DNA of 64,000 nucleotides from NCBI GenBank assembly GCA_963702205.1, contig OY969724.1:3360001-3424000 (forward strand), read 5' to 3'. The position numbers and the translations under genes are program-made. Source of the DNA: an uncultured candidate division Zixibacteria bacterium. Its GTDB lineage: Bacteria; Zixibacteria; MSB-5A5; GN15; PGXB01. This document shows positions 46,051-55,439 of the stretch, piece by piece. Under the pieces are notes generated by a model. The model did no database searches. It was not told the DNA's origin and saw only the letters and a list, made by a program, of their open reading frames with translations. Numbering within the stretch: position 1 is the stretch's first letter; every line of letters begins with the position of its first letter.

Positions 46051-48534
46051 CTATTTCTTTTTCTTCTTATCGTTGCCTTCGGTTTTGTCGGTTTTGTCAT
46101 TTTTCCCGTTATTCTCTTCCGAGGTGGACTTGAACTGCCGCCCCAGACGATCCAGTTCTTTATCGGCCAGGTCGAATATGCTTCCTTTGCTGAAACCGCC
46201 CGACTTGAGCTCTTTGCCCGCCGGTTTGCCGGTCAATATTTCTATGCCTTCTTCGATCGTACCAACCGGATAAATATGGAATTTGCCTTTTTCGACGGCT
46301 TCAATCACGTCGGAGCGAAGTTGTAATTCTTCGACGTTTTGTTTGGGCATGATGACCCCCTGCCGTCCGGTCAGACGTTTGTTCTTGCAGACGTCGAAAA
46401 AGCCCTCGATCTTTTCATTGATGCCACCGATAGGTTGAATCTCGCCATACTGGTTGACCGAACCTGTGACGGCAATCCCCTGGTCTATCGGCACACCTGA
46501 CAGGGTCGACAGGATCACGTAAATTTCGGTCGAGGATGCCGAGTCCCCGTCGACGCCCGAGTACGATTGCTCGAAACAGATCGACGCCGACATAATAAGC
46601 GGCTTATTCTGCGCGAATTTACCGCGCAGGAATCCGCTTAATACCAGCACGCCTTTGTTGTGCACCGGGCCGGAAAGATCGGCTTCGCGTTCGATATTGA
46701 TGACCCCGGCCCGACCGACCGACGCCCTTGAAGTGATGCGGACCGGGCGACCGAAACTGTGCTCGCCAACGTTGTAAACCGACAGTCCATTGATTTGACC
46801 GACCGCCTTGCCCGATGTTTGCACAAGGTAAATATCGTTGTCGTACAGTTCCTGAATTTTATCCTCGATCAGATTGACCCGGTTGCGCTGATTGGCTATG
46901 GCCGCCAGGACGTGGGTCGAATTGACCTTCTTCTTTTTCTCGTCGGCAGCGACAATGGCCGATTCTCGAATCAGATCGGCGATTATCGTAAATTGCGTCG
47001 AAAGCTTGTCCTTGCGACCGGCCAGACGGATGCCGTGGGCCGCGACTTCCCGCAATCCGGAAAGGTCAAAAGGCAGGAGCGAGTCATCATCCACGATCTT
47101 GCGTACGAATGAAACGTATTCCTTAAGAGACGCCCTGGTCAACGGCGTTACATGATCGAATTCGGCCTTTACCTTGAATATTTTCTTGAAATCTTCTTCA
47201 TAGTTCCACAGCACCGAGTAGGTGCGCCTGTCTCCGATAAGAACGACTTTGACGTCGACGTTGATCGGCATCGGCTTAAGGCCGGAGCCGGCCATCTGAT
47301 AAAAAGGATCGTAACCGGCAATTTCCAGCTTTTCACTGGTCAGGATTCGTTTAAGAGGTTTCCATACGCCCGGCTCAGTGAACAGGTCGAGGGCATTGAT
47401 GATCAGAAAGCCACCCGATGCGGTGAGCAATGAACCGCCTTTAATGCGCGAGAAATCGGTCCGCCAGTAACCGAAACGGTCCACCACGCGCTCCATCGTC
47501 CCGAAAATATTCCTATATGACGGTGAATTTTCCACCACGATCGGGACTTTCTTCTTGCCGCTGTTATCGAGAATCAGGTTGACGGCGAATTCCTCGAACG
47601 GCTCTTTTCTGCGAAAGGCCGGCGCTTCTTCCTCACCCCGGCGCGGACGGGCTTCCTTGAAACGATCAAGGTCGTTCAAAAGCGCTTCCTCGGCCGAACT
47701 CAGGTAATCTATGACTTCTTTTTGAGTATACTTCTTTTTTATCACGGCAAACTTGTCCGAAATCTGTGGAGATATCATGGAATAGTCCAGTTTGGATAGA
47801 GCGTCATCGAGCTTCTCGGCCAGCTTTTTGGATTCCACCTCAACCAGGTTCATGTCGTTCATGAGCTTTTCGCGTTTGCCCTCAAGCTCCTGGAAGCGTT
47901 CTTCGGAGAATCTTTTTTCCATCACGAGGTGTTCCAGCCGGGCCAGTTCCATCGGTTCGCCGTCGATCATGGCCTGCAATTCGTTCCTGACCGACATCCC
48001 GACCTGCATTTGTACCATGACAAATCCGGCTTCTTTCATTTTCTTCTCGAACGCGGCGAAAATCTCTTTTTGTCGGCCTTCAAAATCGGCCGCTATCCGT
48101 ACCCGCCGGTTTTTATAATCCTGACCACCCAGTATTTTCGGCACCACTTTCCGTAATGAATCGATGATGTACTCGACGTCTTTCTTGAACTGCCGCCCCT
48201 GCCCGGCTTCGAAAGTTATGGCGAGCGGACAATCGGGGTCTTTGAAATTATTGACGTAACAAACGTCATTCAATTTGGGCGTGTTATTGTCGAGGTTTTC
48301 CAATAATTGTTTGATCGTGGTCGAGCGGCCGGTGCCGCTCAGGCCGGTGACAAATATATTATACCCGCGCCGCCTGATTTTCAGGCCGAGCTGGATGGCT
48401 TTGACGGCTCTATCCTGACCAATGATCTTACAGCACGGTTTGGCGTCATCGGTAGAATGTATCTTAAGAGGCGCAAAATTTATGTTCGCGGCAAGATCGC
48501 GGGTTTTTAATTCTTTATGTTTTTTGGCGGGCAT
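46051..48534 (-). CDS. Lon-like (LonC-type, S16) protease
   Basis: 'IIGQDRA', degenerate Walker A 'GLSGTGRS', 'CYVNNF', Ser-Lys dyad 'DGDSAS' and 'GGINEKIEGFF'. Start set at ATG 48534, behind AGGAGG. Confidence 0.92.
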   Translation of the reverse strand: MPAKKHKELKTRDLAANINFAPLKIHSTDDAKPCCKIIGQDRAVKAIQLGLKIRRRGYNIFVTGLSGTGRSTTIKQLLENLDNNTPKLNDVCYVNNFKDPDCPLAITFEAGQGRQFKKDVEYIIDSLRKVVPKILGGQDYKNRRVRIAADFEGRQKEIFAAFEKKMKEAGFVMVQMQVGMSVRNELQAMIDGEPMELARLEHLVMEKRFSEERFQELEGKREKLMNDMNLVEVESKKLAEKLDDALSKLDYSMISPQISDKFAVIKKKYTQKEVIDYLSSAEEALLNDLDRFKEARPRRGEEEAPAFRRKEPFEEFAVNLILDNSGKKKVPIVVENSPSYRNIFGTMERVVDRFGYWRTDFSRIKGGSLLTASGGFLIINALDLFTEPGVWKPLKRILTSEKLEIAGYDPFYQMAGSGLKPMPINVDVKVVLIGDRRTYSVLWNYEEDFKKIFKVKAEFDHVTPLTRASLKEYVSFVRKIVDDDSLLPFDLSGLREVAAHGIRLAGRKDKLSTQFTIIADLIRESAIVAADEKKKKVNSTHVLAAIANQRNRVNLIEDKIQELYDNDIYLVQTSGKAVGQINGLSVYNVGEHSFGRPVRITSRASVGRAGVINIEREADLSGPVHNKGVLVLSGFLRGKFAQNKPLIMSASICFEQSYSGVDGDSASSTEIYVILSTLSGVPIDQGIAVTGSVNQYGEIQPIGGINEKIEGFFDVCKNKRLTGRQGVIMPKQNVEELQLRSDVIEAVEKGKFHIYPVGTIEEGIEILTGKPAGKELKSGGFSKGSIFDLADKELDRLGRQFKSTSEENNGKNDKTDKTEGNDKKKKK

Positions 48535-48596
48535 TGGTCCTCCTGTACCGATTTTGGAAGAATATACAGCCTGCGCGTTTATAAAACAAGCCTGAC

Positions 48597-48632
48597 TTGA
48601 CAAATATACGGCGACCTGTATATTAGGGGCGC
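48597..48632 (+). promoter_or_regulatory. Stable-RNA-type promoter of tRNA-Glu
   Basis: TTGACA-N16-TATATT followed by a GC-rich discriminator GGGGCGC. Confidence 0.6.
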
Positions 48633-48646
48633 AAAAATCGATAAAT

Positions 48647-48719
48647 GGCGGTATCGTCTAGTGGACCAGGACGGGTGGTTCTCAGCCATCAAACCGGGGT
48701 TCGATTCCCCGTACCGCTA
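48647..48719 (+). tRNA. tRNA-Glu (anticodon CUC); CCA end not encoded
   Basis: Acceptor stem GGCGGTA/TACCGCT, D arm GTC-TAGTGGACCAG-GAC, anticodon arm GGTGG-TTCTCAG-CCATC, T arm CGGGG-TTCGATT-CCCCG. Confidence 0.96.
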
Positions 48720-48860
48720 TTTTTTTAAGCAATTCCTCAGGCTCATTTGAGATAAAGTGGTATTTGGACCAACATTTCACCCAACTGAGTATTACAATAT
48801 TCCCGGGGCAAGCCGCGATGGCTTTTTTTCGTATAACTATGTAAAACTGGAGGCCGAGAA

Positions 48861-49316
48861 ATGTTTGCTGGAAAAATTTCGAAGATTATCCTGCTGCTAT
48901 TTGTTTTCGCCGTTGCGGGAATAGGTGTAGTAATTTATTCCTTTCACCATAGTGACTCCGCTAAACTGACAGATTTCTCCTCCGCGTACGAACGATTCGA
49001 TTCGGCCATTTCGACGGCACGGGCAGATGGTTCCGGCAAATCGGATTACATGGCGGCTTCGGCACTCGACGCTCTTATCGCAGGGTCGGAGTTCCGGTTG
49101 TCATCCTTTGTGGAGCACGACGCGGATTTGATGGTTCAGGCGCAGTTGATTGCCGACCTGGCCGCCGAACAACTCAAAACACTCAAGTCCTGTCGTAAGG
49201 GTGCGGCAGGTCAGAATGGAGACCGCGATTTTCTATCAGGGGACTATAACAAGGCGGCGGAAGCTACGGAAGACGCTTACCGCCGATTTCAGGGACTCGA
49301 GGGCTTGCTGCAATAA
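48861..49316 (+). CDS. Hypothetical membrane-anchored alpha-helical protein
   Basis: GGAGG RBS; single N-terminal hydrophobic helix. Confidence 0.65.
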   Translation: MFAGKISKIILLLFVFAVAGIGVVIYSFHHSDSAKLTDFSSAYERFDSAISTARADGSGKSDYMAASALDALIAGSEFRLSSFVEHDADLMVQAQLIADLAAEQLKTLKSCRKGAAGQNGDRDFLSGDYNKAAEATEDAYRRFQGLEGLLQ

Positions 49317-49465
49317 ACATCGTTTATATACAATGGGCAGGTAAATGGTAGGGCTTTAATAAGATACTGAACTATATTCCAGCTAATCGTGCTTTTTCAG
49401 TTTACCGCGGTTTTTATTGCATGCGTACGTTATCTTTCAATAATAATCTTGCTCTATAATGCAGA

Positions 49466-52144
49466 TCAGCGATCTTTGAACTCCTGGGCCCAGTTCTGGA
49501 CGACAACTATTTCGCCGGGATCGGAATCGGAAAGCCGGGCGTTCAGCAGAAATTTCTGACCGTCGGCGGAGACGTCGTAAGGATAAAGCACGTTGAAATT
49601 GGACTGCGGCCGGAATTTGAACAACTCGACGGGTTGCCCGGCTTCAAAAGTCGCGCCGGTATTAACCTTTACGACCATAAGCTCCGACGCGTCGGTTAAA
49701 TAATAAAGCTCCGTACCATCACCGCTCCACATCGCATTGTCGGCGTGTTCGGTGGAGATTTGCCATTTGCCGCCGGTGCCATCCAATTTTCTGACATACA
49801 CTTCGCGCCGACCGGATTCACTGCTGGTGTAAGCGACGAATTTCCCGTTCGGCGATACCTTGGCCTTCGCCTCATAGTACGAGCTGTTAACCAGATTATC
49901 CACCCTATTACTGTCATTCATATAGAGAATACCGATATCCCACCCACGTTGCACCTGATAAATAAGCATCCTTGATCCGTCAGGTGTAATGTCGCTTGGA
50001 CTGACATGACTGCTGTCGGTGCCGTAAATAAGTTCAGCCTGGCCAAGCCCGTTGGTGCCCTTCCGATACATTTTGAAAAACTGCCCGCCCCGGTCGGATG
50101 CAAAATAAACCATTTGCCCATCGGGCGACCATACCGGCATGGCATCTATCCCGGGATCGAAGGTTAATCTCGTAGGCACGTTTCGTTTCAGATCATAAAT
50201 CCAAATATCCGGGGAATTGGCCTGGCCATCCAGGGCTATGTATGCTAACCTGGATTCATCCGGTGAAAGAGCAACGTCACCATATTTGCCTTGTTGACCT
50301 ATCGTCTGCAGTTTCTTGCCCGTCCTGTCAACCCAGACAAGCTCACTCAGGGATGACCGATTATTGGTTTGATACAAGAGCGTTCCGTTATTGGTTACGC
50401 TGAAGGCATAGGTATTTTCAGCCGCTCCTATTTTCGTGGCAATCGGTTTAGGTTCGCCGGTTACTTCCAGTTTTTTTGCGTCAAAGGGAAGTCCCATTAA
50501 ATTGTCCACGGACACGTACAAAATATATCCGTCGTTGCTGTATTCGACGCGATCAATAATCTGATCCAATTCATAGAGAGTTACCGAAGAGGTCGTATCG
50601 ATTGAGCCGAGTTTAATCCTGTTTCTTGTATGTATATTATCTTTGCCGTGCCTGACGGAGCACGTAAAAATAAAATGTTTACCATCGGGCAAAAACCATG
50701 GCCAGCCATATCCGATTTCGCCTTCGGAAGTATCCGGCAGAGCTGCCGGCTTGGGCAAACCACCTCCGGCCGGAACAAACTTCAAAGTTTCATTCAAATT
50801 GCCATCGAAAATGATCAGGTTATTCGTGCCCCAGCAACCATCGGCACCGACCGGTCCCTGGCATACAAGCTGTGCCTGGCCCCCGGTAATCGGAATTCGC
50901 TTCAGTTGATTACCTTCAAAAAATGCCACGTTCCTGCCATCGGGCGACCAGAAAAACCGTTTGGCGTTTTCCGTATTCAAGAGCGGATAAGCCTCCAGGG
51001 AGTTGATCGGGCGCACCCAAATACGGTTGGTGCCGGCGGAATCGTCGGCCTGAAAAGCCACTGAACTTCCATCGGGTGAAATGCGCGGCCAATAGATATT
51101 GGACAGGCCCTGCTTGATATCAACCGTGTATCGGGCGACCGACAATAAAGGCGCCGCTTTCGTTTTCTCGGCATAATACAGATAGCCCAGACACACGGTG
51201 CTCAGTATCGCTACGGCGCCGATCACACGAGCCAGGTCGAATTTAAATTTCCTTCGGGCGGAGACATAAGCCGGTAATCCAACTTGCGAACCGGCTTGAG
51301 ATATCCAGCGCAATTCGTCGGATAAATCGGAGGCTGACTGCCATCTTTTGCGAGGGTCCTTTTCAAGACACTTTTTGACCAGCCGCTCTAAAAGCGGCGG
51401 CGTATCCGGCCTGAGGGCGGAAATCGGGGTCGGCTCGCGCTCCAGTATGGCCGCGATCAATGCCGCGCTCGAATTGCCCTCGAAGGCTCTCTTGCCGGTA
51501 ATCATCTCATAAATCAGGGCCCCGAAAGCAAAAATATCCGACCGCGTATCGGCCTCATTGCCTTCAAGCTGCTCCGGCGACATATATTGTATTGTCCCGA
51601 CAATCGTATTCGCTCCGGTCAAAGGCGTCGTCTGAGTTATGGCGGCCAATGTATCGGTTCCTTTTCCTTGCTGAATTTTGGCTAATCCGAAATCCAGAAG
51701 CTTGGCCCCCTCTGAAGTCAACATGACATTGCCCGGTTTCAAGTCCCGGTGTACCAATCCCCGTTGATGAGCCAGATCCAGACCGCTGGCGATCTGAACG
51801 GCGATCCGAAGCACCTCATCGTATGGTATCGGACCTCTCGCCAGCCTTTCGGACAGTGTCTCCCCTTCCAGGAATTCCATAACGAGGTAGTCCATCCCGT
51901 TTTCGTGACCGACGTCATAAAGAGTGCAAATATTGGCATGATTCAGACTGGAGATGGCTTTTGCTTCCCGGTCGAACCGGTCTTTGAATTCGGCGCTTTC
52001 GGCAATACTGGACGGGAGTATCTTTATGGCGACGGTTCGATCCAGGCGGGTATCGATGGCTTTGTAGACCTCGCCCATCCCCCCGGCGCCGGCCTGTTCG
52101 ATAATTTCATACGGCGTGAGTTTATCACCTTTAACTAATGTCAT
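49466..52144 (-). CDS. Hanks-type Ser/Thr protein kinase with TM helix and extracytoplasmic TolB/PD40 beta-propellers
   Basis: 'GAGGMGEVY', 'VAIK', 'HRDLKPGN', 'DFGLAK', 'YMSPEQ'; TM 'VIGAVAILSTVCLGYLYY'; many 'SPDG' repeats. Confidence 0.94.
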   Translation of the reverse strand: MTLVKGDKLTPYEIIEQAGAGGMGEVYKAIDTRLDRTVAIKILPSSIAESAEFKDRFDREAKAISSLNHANICTLYDVGHENGMDYLVMEFLEGETLSERLARGPIPYDEVLRIAVQIASGLDLAHQRGLVHRDLKPGNVMLTSEGAKLLDFGLAKIQQGKGTDTLAAITQTTPLTGANTIVGTIQYMSPEQLEGNEADTRSDIFAFGALIYEMITGKRAFEGNSSAALIAAILEREPTPISALRPDTPPLLERLVKKCLEKDPRKRWQSASDLSDELRWISQAGSQVGLPAYVSARRKFKFDLARVIGAVAILSTVCLGYLYYAEKTKAAPLLSVARYTVDIKQGLSNIYWPRISPDGSSVAFQADDSAGTNRIWVRPINSLEAYPLLNTENAKRFFWSPDGRNVAFFEGNQLKRIPITGGQAQLVCQGPVGADGCWGTNNLIIFDGNLNETLKFVPAGGGLPKPAALPDTSEGEIGYGWPWFLPDGKHFIFTCSVRHGKDNIHTRNRIKLGSIDTTSSVTLYELDQIIDRVEYSNDGYILYVSVDNLMGLPFDAKKLEVTGEPKPIATKIGAAENTYAFSVTNNGTLLYQTNNRSSLSELVWVDRTGKKLQTIGQQGKYGDVALSPDESRLAYIALDGQANSPDIWIYDLKRNVPTRLTFDPGIDAMPVWSPDGQMVYFASDRGGQFFKMYRKGTNGLGQAELIYGTDSSHVSPSDITPDGSRMLIYQVQRGWDIGILYMNDSNRVDNLVNSSYYEAKAKVSPNGKFVAYTSSESGRREVYVRKLDGTGGKWQISTEHADNAMWSGDGTELYYLTDASELMVVKVNTGATFEAGQPVELFKFRPQSNFNVLYPYDVSADGQKFLLNARLSDSDPGEIVVVQNWAQEFKDR

Positions 52145-52187
52145 TTCAATTTCCCCGTTTTATATTTTTACCCGATCCCGCTCAATT

Positions 52188-52340
52188 TCAGTCCACCTTG
52201 CGATGGATCAGGTCCTCGACCACGCTTTGAATGGTCGTACCCGTCCTGGCAACGAGAATTTTCAGCTTGCGATGGGTCTGTTCATCGAGTCTAATGTGTA
52301 TCATCCGTTCTTTGGCGGTGTTTTCATGGTCTTTTTTCAT
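52188..52340 (-). CDS. 50-aa ribbon-helix-helix (Arc/CopG/ParG-like) DNA-binding protein, absent from the ORF track
   Basis: MKKDHENTAKERMIHIRLDEQTHRKLKILVARTGTTIQSVVEDLIHRKVD*. GGGAG RBS upstream; 43 nt from the kinase start. Confidence 0.8.
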   Translation of the reverse strand: MKKDHENTAKERMIHIRLDEQTHRKLKILVARTGTTIQSVVEDLIHRKVD

Positions 52341-52509
52341 TTTAATAAATGCTCCCTATGGCGATCATGGAGCTACAAATGTAACAACAAATTAAATACG
52401 CAGAAAAACGTTATTTAGATTGAATTAGTCCATTAATAAATGCCACCCGCCGTCAAAATTCATTCCATGTCGAGAAGGGTGAATTTGATCGACACTCGCG
52501 ATTCAATCC

Positions 52510-52538
52510 TTGACTTAAATTCAAAGATTTTTTAAAGT
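52510..52538 (+). promoter_or_regulatory. Promoter of OMP copy 1
   Basis: TTGACT-N17-TAAAGT, repeated at 53333-53361. Confidence 0.65.
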
Positions 52539-52575
52539 TATATATTATCTCAAAACTCGGGGGGTACTAAAGATC

Positions 52576-53151
52576 ATGAAAACTGCGAAAATCTTAATCA
52601 TCGCAATTTGCCTTTTAATACCGATTTCTTCGCTGGCTTTCGATGGTAAACGCAAAGGCTTTGTCTTCGGCGGCGGCTTCGGATTCGCGCCCTTCTCCAA
52701 GTGGAAATCCGATATTACGACAACGGATGGCTCTCCGGGCACCAATTCCGAAAGTAAGGCCGGCTTTGCCTTAAACTTCCTAATCGGCGGAGCTTTCGAC
52801 GAACACAATATGCTTGTTTATGAGGGCAATTTCACCGGATATAATTCTGATTATTTTAATCAGTCTTTGGCACAGGGTTTTAACGGAGCCGCATGGTACT
52901 ATTATTTCGGGTCAGCTGGTAAATCGGTATTTACAGCCCTTGGGCTCGGGTTTTATGATTTCAAAGTGAATGGCCGCAATCGACCCGATCCCGGGCTTGC
53001 CATATTGCTGGGAGCGGGCTACGAATTCACGCGTCATTGGCAGGTTGGTGGTTATCTGTCATTGGGCAAAACCTCAGACAATGAGTACCGCAACAGAGCC
53101 GATCTCAAACATTCGCAATTCAGCTTCCTGGTAAACGCCATAGCCTTTTAA
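52576..53151 (+). CDS. Small outer-membrane beta-barrel protein, copy 1
   Basis: Signal peptide, amphipathic strands, 'LGAGYEF', terminal Phe. Confidence 0.82.
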   Translation: MKTAKILIIAICLLIPISSLAFDGKRKGFVFGGGFGFAPFSKWKSDITTTDGSPGTNSESKAGFALNFLIGGAFDEHNMLVYEGNFTGYNSDYFNQSLAQGFNGAAWYYYFGSAGKSVFTALGLGFYDFKVNGRNRPDPGLAILLGAGYEFTRHWQVGGYLSLGKTSDNEYRNRADLKHSQFSFLVNAIAF

Positions 53152-53163
53152 CTTTAATAAAAC

Positions 53164-53194
53164 AAAAAGGCGGCCGAACCGACCGCCTTCTTTT
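53164..53194 (+). terminator. Intrinsic terminator of OMP copy 1
   Basis: AAGGCGG..CCGCCTT followed by CTTTT. Confidence 0.7.
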
Positions 53195-53332
53195 GTGAAA
53201 ATAGAATACTACCGCGGACAGATCGGCGTCGAGCCGGGAGACTTATCGTACATGAATGAATTCAAGTATAAGACGCCCAACAGGCTAACTGATAGTACTG
53301 TTCAACCGGTAATTGTTCGATGCATTCTTCCC

Positions 53333-53361
53333 TTGACTTAATTTTATGGATTTCTTAAAGT
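53333..53361 (+). promoter_or_regulatory. Promoter of OMP copy 2
   Basis: TTGACT-N17-TAAAGT. Confidence 0.65.
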
Positions 53362-53399
53362 CACTTATAACCTTCAAAACTCGGGAGGTATAAAAGCTC

Positions 53400-53975
53400 A
53401 TGAAAACCGCGAAAATTTTGATCATCGCGATTTGCCTTTTAATGCCGATTTCCTCGTTGGCATTCGACGGCAACCGCAAGGGTTTCGTACTCGGAGGAGG
53501 ACTCGGATTCGCCCCTACTTCCAAGTGGGACGTTAATGTTGATTTTTACGACCTTGATTTGGGCAGCGTCGATGAAAGCAAAGCAGGTGTTGCTGTCAAT
53601 TTCATAATCGGCGGAGCCTTCGACGAACACAATATGCTTGTATATGAAGGAAACGTAACCGGTTTTAATTCCGACCTGTTTAATGAATCGGTGGCACAGG
53701 GGTTTAATGGAGCCGTATGGTACCATTACTTCGGGCCTACCGGCAAATCGGCCTTCACCGCCGTCGGACTCGGGCTTTTTTATTTCAAGATAGGTGATTT
53801 TGATCCAACCGATCCGGGCGGCGCCATTCTTCTTGGTGGCGGCTATGAGTTTGCACGTCACTGGCAGGTTGGTGCCTATGCGGGCTTCGGGAAAACTTCG
53901 GATTCGGCAATTGGCCTTAAAGGTAAATTCACCCACTCACAATTCAGCATCCTGGTGAGCGCCTTAGCCTTCTAA
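53400..53975 (+). CDS. Small outer-membrane beta-barrel protein, copy 2 (tandem paralogue)
   Basis: Same length (191 aa) as copy 1, with near-identical signal peptide and strands. Confidence 0.82.
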   Translation: MKTAKILIIAICLLMPISSLAFDGNRKGFVLGGGLGFAPTSKWDVNVDFYDLDLGSVDESKAGVAVNFIIGGAFDEHNMLVYEGNVTGFNSDLFNESVAQGFNGAVWYHYFGPTGKSAFTAVGLGLFYFKIGDFDPTDPGGAILLGGGYEFARHWQVGAYAGFGKTSDSAIGLKGKFTHSQFSILVSALAF

Positions 53976-53995
53976 GCTCCATACTTTCTAAATAA

Positions 53996-54021
53996 AACAG
54001 GCGGTCAATCGACCGCCTGTT
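53996..54021. terminator. Hairpin terminator between convergent genes
   Basis: AACAGGCGGTC-AATC-GACCGCCTGTT. Confidence 0.7.
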
Positions 54022-54043
54022 CATTTAAGTCACATTTCAAGCT

Positions 54044-54806
54044 TTACGGACACAAGGGATCCGGTCCGGGCGGATCGTTGTATTTGTACGCGATTAGATA
54101 CAAAATATCGATCAGGTTGACATTGCCGTCGGCATTGGCGTCGCCCGCTTCCATCGGATTCGGGGCCGGGCCCGGCGGATCGTTGTACTTATACGCGATC
54201 AGGTACAGAATATCGAGCAGGTTGATTATCTGATCGCCGGTGGCATCACCGCAAACGAAAGTAAACTGCTTGAGCATGATGGATACTTCGTCATCGTTGC
54301 GGTTGGCACTGATGGCGTCCAGATAACCGTCGCCGTCGAGGTTGGCGGCGTAGGCCGACCACGGCATGGACGGCGTCGCGTAGGCATGTCACGGGCGAAC
54401 ATCGCCGGACCCTCATCGACCTCAATGAAAAACGACCAGATAAAACTCTGGTCGAGCGGGACATTGGCTGATGATTCAATTGCGTTGGTCAGTATGGCCG
54501 TCACCTGCTCCCCGATCACAAAATCATCTGACGGATCGAGCGAAGCCGTCTTCGACGGGCCGTCATAAAAAATCGTCGCCGAATGCGGACCGCTCGAAGA
54601 GGCTTAAACAATGAAGCTCAAAGCGGTGATGGTTGTCCCATCCATATCCGTATCGACCGTTACGCTTATATCGGCGGCGGCCGAATCGTCGGCCTCATTG
54701 GCCGCCGGGCTTGCCGATGAAACGGCCGGGGCCTGGGCAAAAGCCGCGCCTGAAAGCGCGAAAATAATTACAATAGCTGGACTTTCAATCTGGAAATCAC
54801 GAACAT
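54044..54806 (-). pseudogene. Decayed secreted protein: Ig-like (Big_5/SbsA-like) domain + remnant FG-GAP repeat + dockerin-like tail
   Basis: AAGGAGGG RBS and ATG at 54806, but the signal peptide is out of frame. In-frame TAA at 54606-54604, a second frameshift near 54370-54390, a single 'NLDGDGYLD' repeat and an intact double 'GDA..D...NL.DILYLIAYKY' tail. Confidence 0.75.
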
Positions 54807-54931
54807 AATCCCTCCTTACATGATTTCTATATACGTTGCCGATAGTCCGGACAAGTACAGCCTATTTAAATAGAGGCCGACCGGCAATTTTGTCAATGAT
54901 TTGTCGACGCGGCAACCGTTTCCATAAATGC

Positions 54932-54965
54932 AAAAGGGGGAAGCTTATCCGAGCTTCCCCCTTTT
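54932..54965. terminator. Intrinsic terminator of the two-component operon
   Basis: AAAAGGGGGAAGCT-loop-AGCTTCCCCCTTTT. Confidence 0.8.
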
Positions 54966-54987
54966 GTTATCCTGAAACAATACTGCT

Positions 54988-55413
54988 TTACCAGCTTTTC
55001 TTGCGGGTGATGTCGGATATTTTCTGGTCGAGATTTTGTTCGAATAGCGACAGCTTTTTGGCCTGTGCCTCTTCGATTTTGGTCACCAGCGATTCTATTT
55101 CAGCAGGTTTTTCGAGGAAATCAGCCGCGCCCAGTTTCACGGCCTCCACGCCCTTTTGAACCGTCGCCTGCCCGGTCAGAACTATAACCTGCAAATGGGG
55201 CTGCTTTTCCAAAAGACGTTTGAGAGTTTCGATGCCGTCCATCTCCGGCATGGCTAAGTCGAGAATTACGGCATCATACGATTTCGATTCGATCATCTCC
55301 AGAGCCTTTATGCCGCTCTCGGCCGTATCCGTTTCAAGTCCACGGTTAGACATTCGCTCGGCAAGCACGTCCCGGAAATCTTTTTCATCATCGACTAAAA
55401 GGACTTTTGCCAT
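54988..55413 (-). CDS. Single-domain response regulator
   Basis: 'LLVDDE', 'ILDLAMPEMDG', 'LTG', 'EKP'. Confidence 0.92.
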   Translation of the reverse strand: MAKVLLVDDEKDFRDVLAERMSNRGLETDTAESGIKALEMIESKSYDAVILDLAMPEMDGIETLKRLLEKQPHLQVIVLTGQATVQKGVEAVKLGAADFLEKPAEIESLVTKIEEAQAKKLSLFEQNLDQKISDITRKKSW

Positions 55414-55439
55414 ATATATCTCCCTGAATCTTTCATCTA

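Noticed and set aside
52116..52418. 100-aa plus-strand ORF
   Set aside because: It is antisense to the better-supported 50-aa RHH gene and overlaps the kinase start.
54604..54606. Stop-codon recoding (selenocysteine or pyrrolysine)
   Set aside because: The stop is TAA and the gene has additional frameshifts, so it is a pseudogene.
48647..54900. tRNA-anchored genomic island
   Set aside because: The downstream genes look accessory, but I found no integrase and no repeat of the tRNA 3' end.
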